This document shows positions 21,533 through 32,008 of a DNA stretch of 64,000 nucleotides, piece after piece. The DNA is taken from positions 288,001 to 352,000 of the forward strand of contig CAXXTU010000002.1 in assembly GCA_963662655.2 (NCBI GenBank), written 5' to 3'. The translations under genes were made by a program, and so were the position numbers. This stretch comes from Candidatus Cloacimonadales bacterium (lineage in GTDB: Bacteria > Cloacimonadota > Cloacimonadia > Cloacimonadales > JAIOQZ01). Numbering within the stretch: position 1 is the stretch's first letter; every line of letters begins with the position of its first letter. The notes beneath the pieces were generated by a model. That model was not told where the DNA came from. It did not search any database and saw nothing but the letters and a program-made list of their open reading frames with translations.

Positions 21533-22717
21533 ATGAAGATTGAAGAAATTCGCATTAAGAATTACAGGCTTTTCAAGGACATCCATGTTAAAAATGTACC
21601 CTCATACATGGTCATAGTGGGCGCCAACGGCACAGGTAAAACGACTTTCTTCGACATCATCGGCTTCCTCAAGGATTGCCTGAACACAAACGTGAAAATC
21701 GCTTTGCAACAACGTGGCGGTTTTAACGAAGTCATCTCTCGTGAATGCGGGGAGGACACGATCTTGATCGAGATGAAGTTCAGGATGCCGATAATAGGTA
21801 TCGAACGCCTCGTGACGTACCATCTTGAAATCGGGATGAAGGAAAGGTTGCCTGTAGTGAGAAGAGAAATTTTGCGCTATAAACGTGGTCGGCATGGTTC
21901 TCCATTCCATTTCCTCGATTTCAAAGAAGGTGCGGGATATGCGATAACAAACGAAGAGGATTTCTACAAACCTGATGAAGAGCTTGATCGGGAATCTCAA
22001 GTTCTTGATTCGCCAACCATCCTCGCAATCAAGGGACTTGGGCAGTTCGAGAAATTCAAGGCCGCCAAGGAACTTCGGCAATTATTGGAAAAATGGTTTG
22101 TGTCGAATTTCCACATATCTGATGCAAGAGGTGAAAAGGATTTTGCGTATGCGGACCATTTGTCGGTTTCCGGGAATAATCTTCCATTATATGCATTTCG
22201 CATGTATGAGGAATATCGCGAAGTCTTCGACCGTGTATTGGAGGTATTGAAAAGACGTATTCCGGGGATACAGGAAGTTGTGGCGGAAAAGATGATAAAC
22301 GATCAGATAATCCTGAAATTCCGATTCGACAATTTCGCGGCGCCATTTATCGATCGATATGTTTCGGACGGGACGATCAAGATGTTTGCCTATTTATTGC
22401 TGCTGAACGATCCTTCGCCACTTCCTCTTCTATGCGTTGAAGAACCGGAGAATCAGCTCTATCCGAGATTGATGAACGAATTGTCGGAAGAGTTTGAGCA
22501 ATACAGCGAAGGCAGGCAGGTATTCGTATCGACTCATTCACCTGACTTCCTGAATGCGGTGCCATTGGAAAGCATCTTCTGGATAAAAAAGGAAGGCGGT
22601 TATTCGATCGTGCAGCGCGCGCTCGACGACGAAAATCTGAAAAGTCTTTTCGATGAGGGTGACAAACCGGGATACCTTTGGAAGCAAGGATTGTTTGAAG
22701 GAGCCGATCCCGTATGA
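21533..22717 (+). CDS. ABC/AAA_21-type ATPase
   Basis: GANGTGKT Walker A, SDGT signature, VEEPEN Walker B, STHS. Confidence 0.9.
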   Translation: MKIEEIRIKNYRLFKDIHVKNVPSYMVIVGANGTGKTTFFDIIGFLKDCLNTNVKIALQQRGGFNEVISRECGEDTILIEMKFRMPIIGIERLVTYHLEIGMKERLPVVRREILRYKRGRHGSPFHFLDFKEGAGYAITNEEDFYKPDEELDRESQVLDSPTILAIKGLGQFEKFKAAKELRQLLEKWFVSNFHISDARGEKDFAYADHLSVSGNNLPLYAFRMYEEYREVFDRVLEVLKRRIPGIQEVVAEKMINDQIILKFRFDNFAAPFIDRYVSDGTIKMFAYLLLLNDPSPLPLLCVEEPENQLYPRLMNELSEEFEQYSEGRQVFVSTHSPDFLNAVPLESIFWIKKEGGYSIVQRALDDENLKSLFDEGDKPGYLWKQGLFEGADPV

Positions 22718-23271
22718 TCGTTTTCATGGTTGAAGAAGAATCGATGGAGGTTACTCTTCGTGCATTGATTGCATCACACAGTCTCGACTACGAAGAGAAG
22801 AAAGACTGGATATGTATAACGCACCAGGGAAAAAGCGATCTGGAAGCGTCGATCCCCCGTAAACTGAAGGCTTGGAGGCAAAAGGATGACGTTTTTGTCA
22901 TTCTCAGGGATCAGGATCAGAAAGACTGCATATTGGTAAAACAAAGTCTTCAGGAATTATGCGGAAATAATCATGGTCACCGTGTCATTATCAGAGTGGT
23001 CTGCCGCGAGCTTGAGTCTTGGTTTCTTGGAGATTTAAATGCAGTAGCAAATGCTATAGGAAAACCAAAGCTAAAGGATTTACAGAATAAAAGACTATAT
23101 AGACAACCGGATACAATTACGGAAGCATCCAAGAGATTATCTGAGATTACAAGTATAAAAGGGAAGGTATCTCGCGCTCGAATGGTTGCCCATCAGATGA
23201 ATCTAATTGATAATCGGTCTCACAGTTTCCAGGTATTCATGAAGACTCTAGATGAATTGTTTCCCCAATGA
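22714..23271 (+). CDS. DUF4276-like (TOPRIM-related) protein
   Basis: FMVEE.S, GKSDL, LRDQD, ELESWFLGD, NRSHSF. ATGA overlap with the ATPase. Confidence 0.8.
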   Translation: MIVFMVEEESMEVTLRALIASHSLDYEEKKDWICITHQGKSDLEASIPRKLKAWRQKDDVFVILRDQDQKDCILVKQSLQELCGNNHGHRVIIRVVCRELESWFLGDLNAVANAIGKPKLKDLQNKRLYRQPDTITEASKRLSEITSIKGKVSRARMVAHQMNLIDNRSHSFQVFMKTLDELFPQ

Positions 23272-23369
23272 ACAGATTTGACTGTAACGCTTTATAATTG
23301 ACTTGGCAAAGTTAGCTGAAAAATTACTTGCCAATCAGACATAGATTCTCAGATTGGTCACTCATGCGT

Positions 23370-23447
23370 CGGGATGTAGCGCAGTCCGGCTAGCGTACTC
23401 GAATGGGGTTCGAGTGGTCGCAGGTTCAAATCCTGTCATCCCGACCA
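23370..23447 (+). tRNA. tRNA-Pro(GGG)
   Basis: Cloverleaf, anticodon arm CTCGA-ATGGGGT-TCGAG, GTTCAAATC T-loop, encoded CCA. Confidence 0.97.
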
Positions 23448-23497
23448 TTTTTATTATCTAAATCCTTTGTTTGCAATGGCTTATGGGGCCTGTTGTT

Positions 23498-24127
23498 TGT
23501 AAAGTGACACCTACATTTTCCATGTCCCGTCCTAAAATAGTTGACCAGCTTTTTCGTGTTTGATTTCATTTCGATTGCTTCCTACGCTGCGTTCAATATG
23601 TAAAGTGACACCTTCATTTTCCACTTTGTGACAGCATGTTTTCCATCGTGCAACAAGTCGAAGTGACAGGAAATGCCTTTATCTCTCGCACCATCAATCA
23701 CATCAATGTAGTCACTCTTCCAAGTTGCAAGTGACGGCAGTCTTTCCTTCCAGTGACGGCAGTTTTTCCATCAAGGAAAACATGCTGGCACTTTTCGTGT
23801 TCAAGGGCTTCAGAAACTCCTGCTCATTTTTCAATGACTTACGAAAACTTCCAGTGATTGCAGTCTTTCCATTCCGCCCGATGGAAATTGTGACGTCACT
23901 TTTTCCACATCGCAAAAACGCCCAGTTATCTCACGCAATATCAATGACATGCTGAAACTTCCAGTGACGGCAATTTTTCCATCGTTTCGAGCCGTTTTCC
24001 AGTTGTTGCAAAGGATTAGAAACCCGAATGTCATTCATGCGGAGGCCAGCTATCTTCTCTTCAATCTGCAAGTTACAGCCAAACTGCAAGTGACGGCAGT
24101 TTTTCCTTAAGGAAAACATGCTGGCAC
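23498..24127 (+). repeat. transposon-end-like array of (A/T)GTGAC-RGCA-NNTTTTCC sites
   Basis: Direct copies near 23503, 23604, 23627, 23662, 23730, 23752, 23853, 23889, 23963 and 24089. Inverted copies at ~23775 and ~24111. Two TGTAAAGTGACA termini at 23498 and 23599. Confidence 0.8.
23523..23597 (-). mobile_element. IS3-family right-end remnant
   Basis: TGTCCCGTCCTAAAATAGTTGACC... is an inverted near-copy of 31140-31214 and includes the last codons LNAA*. Confidence 0.7.
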
Positions 24128-24164
24128 AAATGAAGCTATTGTCCTGAAAGCAAGGCAAATAGAA

Positions 24165-24190
24165 AGGCCTGAATCTTCCGACTCAGGCCT
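24165..24190 (-). terminator. terminator of the phage tail-fibre remnant
   Basis: AGGCCTGA...TCAGGCCT stem followed by TTCTATTT on the minus strand. Confidence 0.65.
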
Positions 24191-24206
24191 GCATTGCACG
24201 GTTATC

Positions 24207-24683
24207 CTACTTCTCCCCACTCCAGACATACAGCTTCCCGCCGTACGCGACGACTTCACCGATGACACCCTCTTCAGGCAGTTCGGTGACCTCCGCGATG
24301 ATGTCCGTGGTCTCGAGCTTGATATCGCCCTCAAGCGCGTGACCGTTGATCTTGGTGCGCGTTTCCACCTTGGCAGCGAGGGCCGTGGTGAGTCCGGATA
24401 TCTTGCTCTGCGCCAGCGTCGGGATGCGGTCGGTGGCGAGGGCGCCGGTCGCGATCTTGGCGGCGTCGAGGTCTGGTACGCGATCCACGACGAAGACGCC
24501 GGTGGTGATCTTGGAAGCGTCGAGGTCGGGTATCTGGCTCGCTTCGAGCACGCCTGTGATGTTCCCCGGCTCGATCTGCGGGATTTGCTCGGTGATCAGC
24601 TTTCCCGACTTGTCGAGCTGCGCGATACCGTTGGCGACGCCGAGTTGCCCGGAGTCGAGGATTTCCTGCCATGTGCCTGCCAT
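24207..24683 (-). CDS. phage tail-fibre-like protein (prophage remnant)
   Basis: GVANGIAQLDKSGKL motif, 17-aa IPDLDAxKIxTG repeats, GGAGG RBS, TGATG coupling to a truncated upstream frame. Confidence 0.75.
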   Translation of the reverse strand: MAGTWQEILDSGQLGVANGIAQLDKSGKLITEQIPQIEPGNITGVLEASQIPDLDASKITTGVFVVDRVPDLDAAKIATGALATDRIPTLAQSKISGLTTALAAKVETRTKINGHALEGDIKLETTDIIAEVTELPEEGVIGEVVAYGGKLYVWSGEK

Positions 24684-24815
24684 CAGGCCTCCTTTGCTTC
24701 ACGTTCGAGCCGACTGAGCAGCAACACGGGCAGGCGAACTCGCCGTTTCGGATTTGTTGAGCATATCCTTCAGTGTATTCAAACCTTCGGTTTTCACCAA
24801 AGCGAAAGCCCATGA

Positions 24816-27800
24816 TGCGGTCCCAATCGATCAAATCAATCTGTTTCATGGGGTAACATCGAGATAGAGCTTGATGGAATTTTTGAAGGGGATGACGACG
24901 GCTGGGACTACCTTGGCGATATTCGCCTAGGCTACATAGAAGGTGATTACTGGTGTGGGTTTGGTAACCCCGAAGATAGTTGGAACGATATCCCAAGTAC
25001 ATCAATGTTGAGCAGCTATAACCGCTCGAATTACTTCTCATGGTTATTCGAAGAGACATCTCAAATCAACAATGCCAACGCTGTGAACGATATTCACAAT
25101 ATCGTTGAGGATGATCCAGCGGCTCCATGGTCAGCAGTTTTTACTATGTATGTTAGTGGAGACACGAGCTATCCTTATGACCAAACCAGTTATGAGCCAT
25201 ATCTCAACATGTGGGATGTTAGCCTCACGTTACACTATGAGGCGAGAGCCGTAATTTCAGGTCACGTCCTTGACATAGGTGGAAATCCGGTTCCTAACGC
25301 TCTGATTACTGTTCGGAATTCAGATAACTCTGTCTACACAACGATCACACCAAACTCGAGTAATGGTTCATATTCATTTGATGTCGATCCTGGTTGGACT
25401 GGTTCTGTTGTGCCCAGCGTTAGTACCGGCGATAGCTACACATTCGCTCCAACTGTAAGAAATTATACAGATATCGATCAGCACTACACAGCTCAGAATT
25501 TCACGGGGCATCTGAGCACTCCTCGAATTTCTGGCTATGTCCGTGATGTCGAAGCTGATCCCATCTCGAATGCGAGGATTTCTTTGAACAATACCAATGG
25601 CACTCTCCTTACGACTGTAATACCGAATAGCAGCACCGGCTATTACTCTGTCGAAGTGAATGCTGGTTGGTCTGGCACGGTTGTTCCGTGGGTAAATTCA
25701 ACCCAGAACTACGAGTTCGAACCGGCAGAAATCGACATCGATGCGATCGCTTTTCATACGCCAAACCAGAATTTCATCGGAGAGGCAGTGTTCACACTCT
25801 CAGGGGATATTGCTGTAGCAAGCGCTCAAACGTGGTCCAATCTATATAGCACAACATTGCGCTTCACTATATCTGGCGAAACACAGCCCAGTACATCGTT
25901 GACTCTAGCTCCCGGGGTGAATCATTTTTCCCAGGTGCTACCACCGGGTACATACACTGTTGAAGTTATCAGAAGCTGGTGTTTTAGCAGATCTTATAGC
26001 GGTATTACTGTCGCCGGGAATACAGATATCGGTACATTGACGATAACCGCGATGAATCCTTCGCTTATGCCTGTAACAAGTACTTCACAACAAAATACAT
26101 TCAATAGTGTGCAGGATGCGCTCGATATGCTCTTGTTCATGCAATACGATCCGAACCTGGCAAACATCGAAAAATACTTCATCGCAGTCGGACCTGGTAC
26201 TTACGACCCTATCTATATCTTCGATTTCGACGGCAAAGATATCACGGTTCATGGAACGAACAATAATACCGTCATCATCGAAGGCGAGAATTCATATCCT
26301 GGCATCAACATGAAGCGCAATATCGATTGTTCGATCAAAATAGAAGGTTTGAAGGTACAGAATTCGGAAGTCAGTGGTGTTGTTATCGACCGTCTGGAGT
26401 TGGCAACGGAAAATCCCTCCGATAACTGCGAGTACAGGCTGTACAACATGAAAATCGTAAATAGCGCGGTATATGGCTTCTCCCCATATGATGAGGAAGA
26501 AGATATGTCCGGGGCAGGTGTTTACTCGAACTACCCCGTAACCATCTCCGATTGCGAAATAACAAATAATCATGGCATTTGTGAGTACGGCAGCTATACC
26601 TATGGTTGGGGCCTTGGAGGAGGTATCTATGTCTGCAGTGAAGTCAATGGTAATACTGTCATAGAGGACTGCGTCATCTCGGGAAACTCGGCAAGGGAAG
26701 CAGGAGCGATTTACTTCGAGGGAGACGGCTCTCTATTGATTGACAACAACGAGATTTCGGAGAATGCGCTTGTGTTCCCAAGGACAGCCGGGGAAGGAGC
26801 AGGTCACTCGATGGGTGTTCATGTTGTCGTGTGTGATGAACTCACTGTCAGTAATAACGTGATCACCGACCATGAACGATATTTTGCCAATGGTACATGG
26901 TATCGGGGATATACTATGACAGTAGTGAATTGCGATGATTATCTGGTTATTAATAACACGATCGCCGATAACGAAAATCTTGATGGCGTAAAAATCAGTT
27001 ATGCATAAAATGGTGAAATTCTTAACAATATCTTCTTGAACAACAGAAGGCCCATCTACAGCACGACAAGTCTTATCGATGTTGGCTATTGCTGCTGGTA
27101 TGGCAATACTGGATCGAACTACTTCGGAGGTGGATATACGCCGGATGCCACCAATATAGCTGTAAATCCTTGCCTTGACACGAACTACATCCCCTTGTGG
27201 AACTCCACCACCCGCTCCCCAGTCATCGACAAAGGCGATCCCTCGATTACAGATCATGACAATACGACGAGTGACATCGGTGCAAAATGCGCTGTTACCC
27301 ACAAGCAAGAGGATTACACCTTCACACAGTCATCCGGTGGTTCACAGGAAATACACTGGGTGTGTTTCCCTGTGATTGACGACGTCTACACAGCCGATAA
27401 CGAGCCGGAAGTATTCTTTGTCCCTCTTGAAAACAACATGGACGGCATCATTGACAATGGTCATGAGGCTGTGTATAATAATGGTTGGCTCTACCCTAAC
27501 TTCGGGACAGTTGACCCAACCAGAGGCTACAAGGTCACCATGAACAGCACCACCTCCATGGATAAATCAGGTTTCCTTGCTGATCCGGACACGAAGATTT
27601 CTCTGGCCAATAATTCAACAACCTGGGTAGGTTACTTCCTCGAGGAAAGCCAGCAACCGACAAGCGCCCTTGCAGATGTATTGGATAATCTGCAGCAAAT
27701 CCAGCACCATGATTGGACGTTAACATACGATCCGCTGTGGGGATGGTTGGGTTTAAGTAGTTACACCCTAAACTATGGTGATATGGTGATTTTGACCACC

Positions 27801-28526
27801 AGAACAACGGGAGGCGCTTGCGAGTTCGCCTGGTCAGATAACCTGATCCCTGAAGACCCGAAGATGAAGAAAGCAACCAGTTACTTCGCTTGCAACGAAG
27901 AACCTGACTATGTCCCAGTCTATCTGAATCTCAGCGCTTACAACGAAAACATGCCGCAAGAAGTCGGCATGTATGCAGACGGGACATTGATAGGCGCAAC
28001 AGTGACTGATTCCGTAGAAACGCAGATCAACGCCTACGTGGATGAAATTGAAGATATCGAAAACGCGGAAATCAGCTTCGAGCTCTATTACGGACAGCGC
28101 AGTCCTGTCGAACAATGCGGGTTGTATACGGTAAGCTCGGAGCTGACGGATGGTTTCGTTACCACCTCGAAAATGTTCGCAACAAAATCACGTTACTACA
28201 TGGTGACATTGGGAGAAGGTGGAAATGGCGAACCTGTACCTGATCTTCCCAAGACTGTCAGCGTGAGAAACTACCCGAACCCCTTCAACCCCGAAACTAC
28301 GATCAGTTACGCGCTTCCACAGGACGGACAAGCCGTGATCAAAGTGTACAACCTGCGCGGTCAGTTGGTAAAGACACTGGTAAACGACAGGATGGAAGCC
28401 GGTTACCATGACGTTGTATGGGCAGGTAGAGATGAAAACAACAAGTCTGTCGCCTCCGGTATCTATTTCCTTCGTATGCAGGCAGGCGGCAAGACGCTTA
28501 CGCATAAGCTCATGCTGCTGAAATAA
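24816..28526 (+). pseudogene. large secreted beta-helix/Ig-like protein with FlgD/T9SS-like C-terminal domain, 5'-truncated with an internal stop
   Basis: Frame is open from 24816 with no signal peptide. ORFs 25005-27008 and 27036-28526 share a frame, separated by one TAA. C-terminus NYPNPFNPETTI...KLMLLK. Confidence 0.8.
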
Positions 28527-28586
28527 CTTGACGCAACAACATGAGGGAGCAAGATTTTCTTGCTCCCTCAATCATTAGGAGGCTTC

Positions 28587-30969
28587 ATGCGTTTTGCCAT
28601 GCTTGTCGTGCTACTCATTCCTTGTTGTTGTCTTCTATCGGAAACCCTCACCGTTGCCCTCGACGGCAGCCAGGACTACACAAGCGTACAAGCTGCTGTT
28701 AATGCCGCAAACAACGGCGATGTGGTTCTTGTGCACCCAGGAACTTACTACGAGAATATCGTCATCGATGACAAGTTCATCACGCTCGCAAGCTTGAACT
28801 ACACGACTGGCGAGGAGCAATACATACACTCCACTATCCTCGATGGAAACTTCAGTGGCTCCGTTGTTCGTATGGTACTGGAAACTTCGCCCCAGCCAGC
28901 GGACGCCATCATTCAAGGTTTCACGATCATTCATGGTACAGGTTACATAAGAAACTGGTATTGGCCCGAATACGGGGGGGGGGGTTTATGTTGTTTGTGG
29001 AAATTATGATTACTGGATTGATGTAAAAATCTCAAATTGCCAGGTAAAATATAATGAAGCCGAATTTGGGGCGGGGATAAGATTCCATTACTGGGGTAAT
29101 CTCTACATGAGAAACGTTAGTATTCATGACAATACTGCATGGAGTTCGGCTGCTGGAATAAGTATAAACTACTCGTCACTGATAACATACCCGGAGTCCC
29201 CGTGCAATTTCTACGATAATATCGCTGCAACGGGACATGATATTACTATCGCTAATGCACTGAATGATTATGAAATCTACGCTGATACGCTAACGACAGA
29301 AACCCCCTATCCTGCCTATGCCGGTATCCAGTTTGATGACTATGTTACACCCGAGCCGCAATTGATTCTCCATCACAATCACTGGACATTCGAGGAGACG
29401 GATGCCGACCTGTACGTTTCTCCAAACGGTGATGACGGAAACAGCGGATTGAGCCCGGCCGATCCATTGCGTACGATTCGCAGAGCAAGCTACATGATTG
29501 CTTCCAATCCAGTATCTCCTCGGAGTATTTATCTCGAACCGGGTGTATATACAGACCTAAATGGAAATCAGGAATACGGTGTTGGTCTAAAATCACACGT
29601 GTCTCTCATTGGGGCTGGTTCCGATATGACATTTCTGGAGACGTATAATGCGCAGAAATTATTGTATTGTGGCTATGCCGATAGCATCAGGATTTCGGGC
29701 ATGACGCTCGCAAATTATTATCCTGTCTATCAGGATGAGATATGGTCTCCTCATACGTTATACTTACTTCATTGCACAGGCGCACTCGTCGAGGACATTC
29801 ATGTCTCGGGGCTCGAAACAGGCAGACTTCCATCTGTTACGCTGATTGGATCAAATCAGTTAACGTTGCGCAATGCTGTAGTAGAGAACAACGAAGGGTA
29901 TCTGGATGCAGGGCTTCTTGTGAATGGCCAAGACGTCATAATTGAAGATTGTATTGTTCGAAACAATCACGCCATTGGCGATGAGCCAGAATACAATTCG
30001 AACTCAGGCTTCAATATAAACGTCTGCGGTGATTCTCATATTAACGGCTTGGTCGTAGTGAACAACATAAATGACTTTGGGGCAGACTGGCACAGAGTGG
30101 GCGTTATCCTAAACGGAAGGGCAGAATCTGGCGCACACCTTGTGGTCTCAAATAGTCTTTTTGCCGATAATGTTTCACCCAATGACCACACTTTCTTCGT
30201 CGAGCCAAATTCTGGAAGCATTGCATTCGTGAATTGCACGTTCGCAGGCAATCAATCCGAGTATAGCACTATTCTGGTTCATCGAGTGAGTGATCAGTTT
30301 GATGTCGACCCAACACGATTTGTAAACTGTGTGTTTTACGATGAAACTGCGTACGAGTTTGAGAATGACAGCTCTGCGCCATGTGCGATAGAAGTGGGCT
30401 ACTCTCTTGTGAATAACGGAATTGACGGAATTTATTCCCCGAACAACGAGGTCATCTGGGGTGATGGTAATCTCGATCTCAATCCACTACTGACCAATGC
30501 CGAGCAATTTTACTACCCGCAGGAGGACTCCCCGCTCATCAACGCCGGTACGCCCGACACGACCGGACTGGGACTTCCGTCGCTCGACCTCTGCAAACGC
30601 GCACGGGTGTGGGACGGCTGTGTCGATATCGGCTGCCACGAATATGGCTCCGTGGGCGTCTCACCAGAGCCGGAACCTGAGGATGTCCCGGCAACAGCAC
30701 TTGCTCTTGCCAACTACCCGAATCCGTTCAATCCGTGGACACGCATCACATATAGCCTGCCAGAAGCAGCTCACGTGAAACTTAACGTGTACAATATTCG
30801 AGGGCAACGCGTAACGATACTGGTGGACGAACACCTCGCTGCCGGCAGGCACACCGCTGTCTGGGATGGCCGCAATGAGCGGATGAAGATCGTGGCGGGT
30901 GGGGTGTACTTGCTGCGCCTGCAAGCAGGGGATAGGACTGAGGTGCAGAAGGTGCTGATGGTGAAGTAG
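28587..30969 (+). pseudogene. secreted beta-helix (DUF1565-like) protein with FlgD/T9SS-like C-terminal domain, frameshifted at G11
   Basis: GGAGG RBS and signal peptide. Removing one G from 28974-28984 joins the two ORFs (YGGGVYVV...LYMRNV). Confidence 0.85.
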
Positions 30970-31037
30970 GGGTTTTGGGATGTATGCTGTCTTCGGATAA
31001 ACAGATTTTCCTTTCAGAAGTGAAGAAAACGAATCGA

Positions 31038-31214
31038 AAGGACTTTGACGACGCACAGAAACATGTGGAGAAAGCAGTTTAGATATACAACGAAGAGCGG
31101 CTCAACATCATGCAGGATTATCGCACGCCAAACGAGATTTTGAATGCGACATAGGAATCTACCGAAACGAAATTAAACAAAAAAAAAGCAGGTCAACTAT
31201 TTTAGGACGAGACA
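31038..31214 (+). mobile_element. IS3-family transposase C-terminal fragment plus right end
   Basis: KDFDDAQKHVEKAV*IYNEERLNIMQDYRTPNEI resembles YNxxRPHxxLxYxTP, ends in ...TTTAGGACGAGACA. Confidence 0.75.
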
Positions 31215-31216
31215 GC

Positions 31217-31390
31217 TGTAAAGTGACATCTACATTTTCACACTTTGTGACAGCATGTTTTCCTTCATTCCAGTTCCTGAAGTGACAGGAAATACTTTTA
31301 TCTTTCGCCCTCTCAATCGCATTCATGTAGTCACTCTCCCAAACATCCAGTGACAGAAAATTTAACCCCCTAATAAAGCTTTATGTCACT
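31217..31390 (+). repeat. third copy of the TGTAAAGTGACA transposon-like end
   Basis: ~140-bp diverged direct repeat of 23599-23740. Confidence 0.85.
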
Positions 31391-31414
31391 CAGTCGTTAA
31401 GCTACAGAGCCACG

Positions 31415-31444
31415 AAAAAAGCGGAACCGATTTCTCGATTCCGC
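31415..31444 (-). terminator. intrinsic terminator of the OmpH-like gene
   Basis: GCGGAA...TTCCGC stem plus T6 on the minus strand. Confidence 0.7.
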
Positions 31445-31464
31445 CCAGGAAAGGTTGTATCGTC

Positions 31465-31989
31465 CTATTTACCAGCCTTATCCACGCCTTCCGCGATTTC
31501 GTCGGTGATATTGGTGGGCTCAATGGATTCTTTGAGATAGATAACTTCTGTTGTCGTGACGTCGATAATCACGTCGATATCCATTTCGGCAGCGAGGTCG
31601 TTGATCGCTTTCTGCGTGTTATCGAGAAGAGGCTTGATCAATTCTTCGTGCTTGACTTCCGCTTCACCGCCTTCACCGTAGATTTCCCCGCGAGCGGTTT
31701 CAAACTCTGTGTTCGCCTTTTTCAGCCTTTTTTTCGTAGCTTCGGATGAATCGCCGGCGTTGACGAGTCCCTGTAAGCGCTTGACTTCGGCCATCAGGAG
31801 GTCCAGCTCGTTCTGCCAGCTGTTTTGGAGCTTTTCATACTCTTTGGCGGCTTTCTGGTAGGCCGTTGACTTGACAAGCAGGCTGTCCGGATTCAAGTAA
31901 CAAACTTTCAGCGATGTGGCTTGAGACGCAGGTTCCACGGCTTGCAGCATCGCTGCGGCAAGTATTAAGATCATCAGAATGTATTTCAT
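31465..31989 (-). CDS. OmpH/Skp family periplasmic chaperone
   Basis: Signal peptide, coiled coil, C-terminal NITDEI. Confidence 0.75.
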   Translation of the reverse strand: MKYILMILILAAAMLQAVEPASQATSLKVCYLNPDSLLVKSTAYQKAAKEYEKLQNSWQNELDLLMAEVKRLQGLVNAGDSSEATKKRLKKANTEFETARGEIYGEGGEAEVKHEELIKPLLDNTQKAINDLAAEMDIDVIIDVTTTEVIYLKESIEPTNITDEIAEGVDKAGK

Positions 31990-32008
31990 TTCGACTCCTT
32001 CGATAATT

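Noticed and set aside
23498..24127. CRISPR array or integron attC cassettes
   Set aside because: Irregular spacing, mixed orientation, degenerate copies, no RYYYAAC/GTTRRRY pairing and no integrase.
24331..25059. 242-aa minus-strand ORF and other long antisense ORFs (e.g. 15863-17542, 50655-52007)
   Set aside because: Shadow frames of well-supported genes, or frames spanning a junction, with no recognisable motifs.
27006..27008. Programmed stop-codon recoding
   Set aside because: The stop is TAA, not TGA or TAG, and the gene also lacks its 5' end, so decay or error is simpler.
31381..31406. Opposite transposon end (GTCACT...ACA)
   Set aside because: The terminus-to-site distance is 16 rather than 5 bp and I found no matching target duplication.
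23420..31460. Classical integrase attL/attR from a duplicated tRNA 3' end
   Set aside because: I saw no second copy of the tRNA-Pro 3' end at the island's right boundary.
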